Assembly: GCA_012295275.1 (NCBI GenBank) | Contig: CM022674.1 | Span: 4,340,001-4,404,000 of the forward strand | Direction of reading: 5' to 3' | Source: Chrysomallon squamiferum | Lineage: Eukaryota; Animalia; Mollusca | Length of the DNA: 64,000 bases | Shown: one piece after another, positions 61,165 through 64,000 of the stretch | Layout of the letters: each line of letters begins with the position of its first letter | How positions within the stretch are numbered: the first letter of the stretch is position 1 | Made by a program: the position numbers and the translations under genes | The notes under the pieces: generated by a model | Seen by the model: only the letters and a program-made list of their open reading frames with translations | Databases searched by the model: none | What the model was told of the DNA's origin: nothing

Positions 61165-63431
61165 TTTACGTATAACATCATACGATTATTTTTTAAAGGG
61201 ATTGAACCAGCAATATTTTTCTCTTCTTTCCTTTGTTCTTCTTTGATTTGACAGAAATCGATAATAGTTTCATGCGTAGTTGAAATAAATGCACTTCAGT
61301 AATGAAATATATATTTTTTTTATATATATATTAGTCAATGGCCTATGCCTAACATAACAATAAATATAAACACAGTACACTTCAATAAGTAAATATATTT
61401 TGTATACATATTAGTCATTTGTCTCAGCTGAACATGATAACATTTATAAATACACTACACTTCAATAATGAAATATTTTTATACACATAGTAGCCACTTG
61501 TCAATGCCTAACATGATAATATATATAAATACAGTACACTTCAATAAGTAAATATTTTTATACACATAGTAGCCACTTGTCAATGCCTAACATGATAATA
61601 TATATAAATACAGTACACTTCAATAAGTAAATATTTTTATACACATAGTAGCCACTTGTCAATGCCTAACATGATAATATATATAAATACAGTACACTTC
61701 AATAAGTAAATATTTTTTGTATACATATTAGTCACTTGTCTAAGCCTAACTTGATAATATTTATGAACACAGTACACTTTAATAATGAAATATTGTTGTT
61801 GTATACATATTAGTTACTGGCCTATGCCTAACATAAAAATAAATATAAATACAGTACACTTCAGTATTTCTTTCTTTTTTCTTGTCTTTTTTTCAAAGGA
61901 TCAGTCACTGGCTTATACCTAACATGATAATATATATCAATACAGTACACATCAATAATGAAATATTTTGTTATTTACATGTTAGTCACTGGATTATGCC
62001 TAACATGATAATATATATAAATACTGTACACTTCAATAAGTAAAAATCTTTCATTTTCAACACAATCAAATGAAAGTTGCTGATAATTACATTGAACTAT
62101 AAGCGTGCTATCAGCAATTTAGAATAATCAAATAAATATTGTTTAAAAGAAGCAACAGAAATCACAAGTTGTTTTATAAATATGGACATCGTCCAGTGAA
62201 ATCATTATTTTAGATTTAAGAATGACAACGTGGTTCAGGAAATAACTATCTGTTCAGAAATCGTTAATGAATGGCAAGCAAGAAGACAGAGACCAGTAAA
62301 CTCACAACGTATATTAACTCAAATGTTATTTTGGTCTTATTATAAAAGTTCTATAACATTTGATGGAAACATAAAGGTTTAATGGTTTCGGAATGAAGAG
62401 CTATTTTCATTCAACTTCGTTCACCATGACGCTCTATCGGAATGACAGCGACTGGGTTCAGAAGTTCAAAACCTACCTTAACAGATATACAATTGAATGA
62501 AATTTCTTCAGTTTCTAGTGGAAATGATAAATTAATTCAAACCATAGACTGATTGATGTGTTTTGATCGGTTGAACATGAGCAAACATTTTATAATCGAA
62601 GGAATCACACAAAGAATGACGTAAGCAAACTTCTGGTTAGTAACAATACCTATAATAATAAGGTAAAGACGTACCTGTTGTGTTGAGTTGTGCTGTTTTA
62701 CTTTCTTTTTCTACTGTATCTGAATAACAATAACTGAAATAATAGATCATCCAATTATTAATGTTGATGTTTCTAAATAATATTTTACAAGATAATTTTT
62801 TGTAAAAGGTGATCGTGCCTGTCCTACTTGCAAAGCGTAAAAGTTTAGTCGAAAACGAAACAGGAAGTTCATAATAATTATTATTATTTTTATTGTAATT
62901 ATTATTTTTTTTATTATTATTATTCTGTTTTATTTTATTTTATTTTATTTATTTATTTATTTTTTCTTTTTGCCTTTCTTTTCAAAATTTATCGGAAAAA
63001 TAAATAATAATTTAATAGTCGGACGAAAGATCACGGATTTTAACGATTTTATCCGAACATATAAGAAACTACCTTTTCCGTTTTCTTTTTTATTTGTGTT
63101 TTAATTTTTTTAAAATCTTTTTAATTTTTTTTTTTTTTTTGTTTAATTGTTCATTCCTTTATGGGACAAGAGCGAAGCGTTACTACCGATGTTTATACTA
63201 TTTATTATTATTATTGTTGTAGTTGTTGTTGTTGATTTTGTTGATGTGTTGTTGTTACTAGTGTTTCCATTATTTATCTGTTGATATTGTTATCGTTATC
63301 AGTGATGGTATTATTGTTATTGTTGTTGTTAGGCACTGTTTACATGTCTTTTGTCAGACATAACGGCGTTCGGAATAATTTTACAATTTCATTACTCTTG
63401 CTGTTACTATTATTTATATTTCTCTTACTAC

Positions 63432-63467
<36 letters not shown>

Positions 63468-63612
63468 TATTAATATCAATAATACTAATACTGTTTTACA
63501 GCTACTGATATTACAATTATTGCAGCTAATGTTACTCTCACTTTATTATTAAAGTAACGATAAAAGAGCTTTGTAAGACCACTGCTTGCAGTATAAACGG
63601 GGTGGGGGTAAA

Positions 63613-63650
<38 letters not shown>

Positions 63651-63813
63651 TATTATTATAATTTTAATAATGGTACAAAACAGTCATTCGAAAAAAAACA
63701 AATTAATTAAACATAAATAGTGAATAAATAGTGAATAAATACTATTACGAAGTAAAATAATAACAATAAAAGCGACAAAAAAAAAAAAAAAAAACACGTT
63801 GTAATAATGACAA

Positions 63814-63852
<39 letters not shown>

Positions 63853-63965
63853 ACAAAATGATTAACGCTTTGGTTTTCTGATGTACTGCAAATTTCATTC
63901 TACTGTCTACTAAAAATAATTTTCAAAATCTGTCATCCGAGTTCCGTAAGCATTTCTCAGGCGAA
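61165..63965. repeat. Third partial copy of the duplicated upstream block
   Basis: 61165-62044 ~ 58241-58962; 62048-63965 ~ 49496-50790 and 59684-60895. Confidence 0.85.
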
Positions 63966-64000
63966 AACCTAATTACTAAACAAAGACATTATCATTTGAA

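Overview
AT-rich, microsatellite-dense animal DNA with GT-AG introns. It is probably invertebrate, and a mollusc is my unproven inference. Most ORF-track entries are repeat artefacts, so the real genes had to be spliced by hand. Left to right: (1) a tandem array of two-exon genes (three intact, one broken) encoding a secreted His-rich propeptide ending in -SLFF-Gly-stop; (2) an 8-exon receptor with five Ig domains and a tyrosine-rich tail; (3) a decayed L1/Tx1-type LINE; (4) a 13-exon SLC18B1-like MFS transporter in which two splice donors have been tandemly amplified; (5) a Tigger/pogo deletion derivative; (6) a micro-exon gene missed by the ORF track that splices into a 60-aa neuropeptide-like precursor; (7) after a 200-N gap, a ~10 kb-offset segmental duplication carrying two divergent CARD-plus-short-tail genes with upstream IRF/ETS-type motifs, interleaved with scrambled calsyntenin pseudo-exons. 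All homologies come from recalled family motifs, not from database searches.
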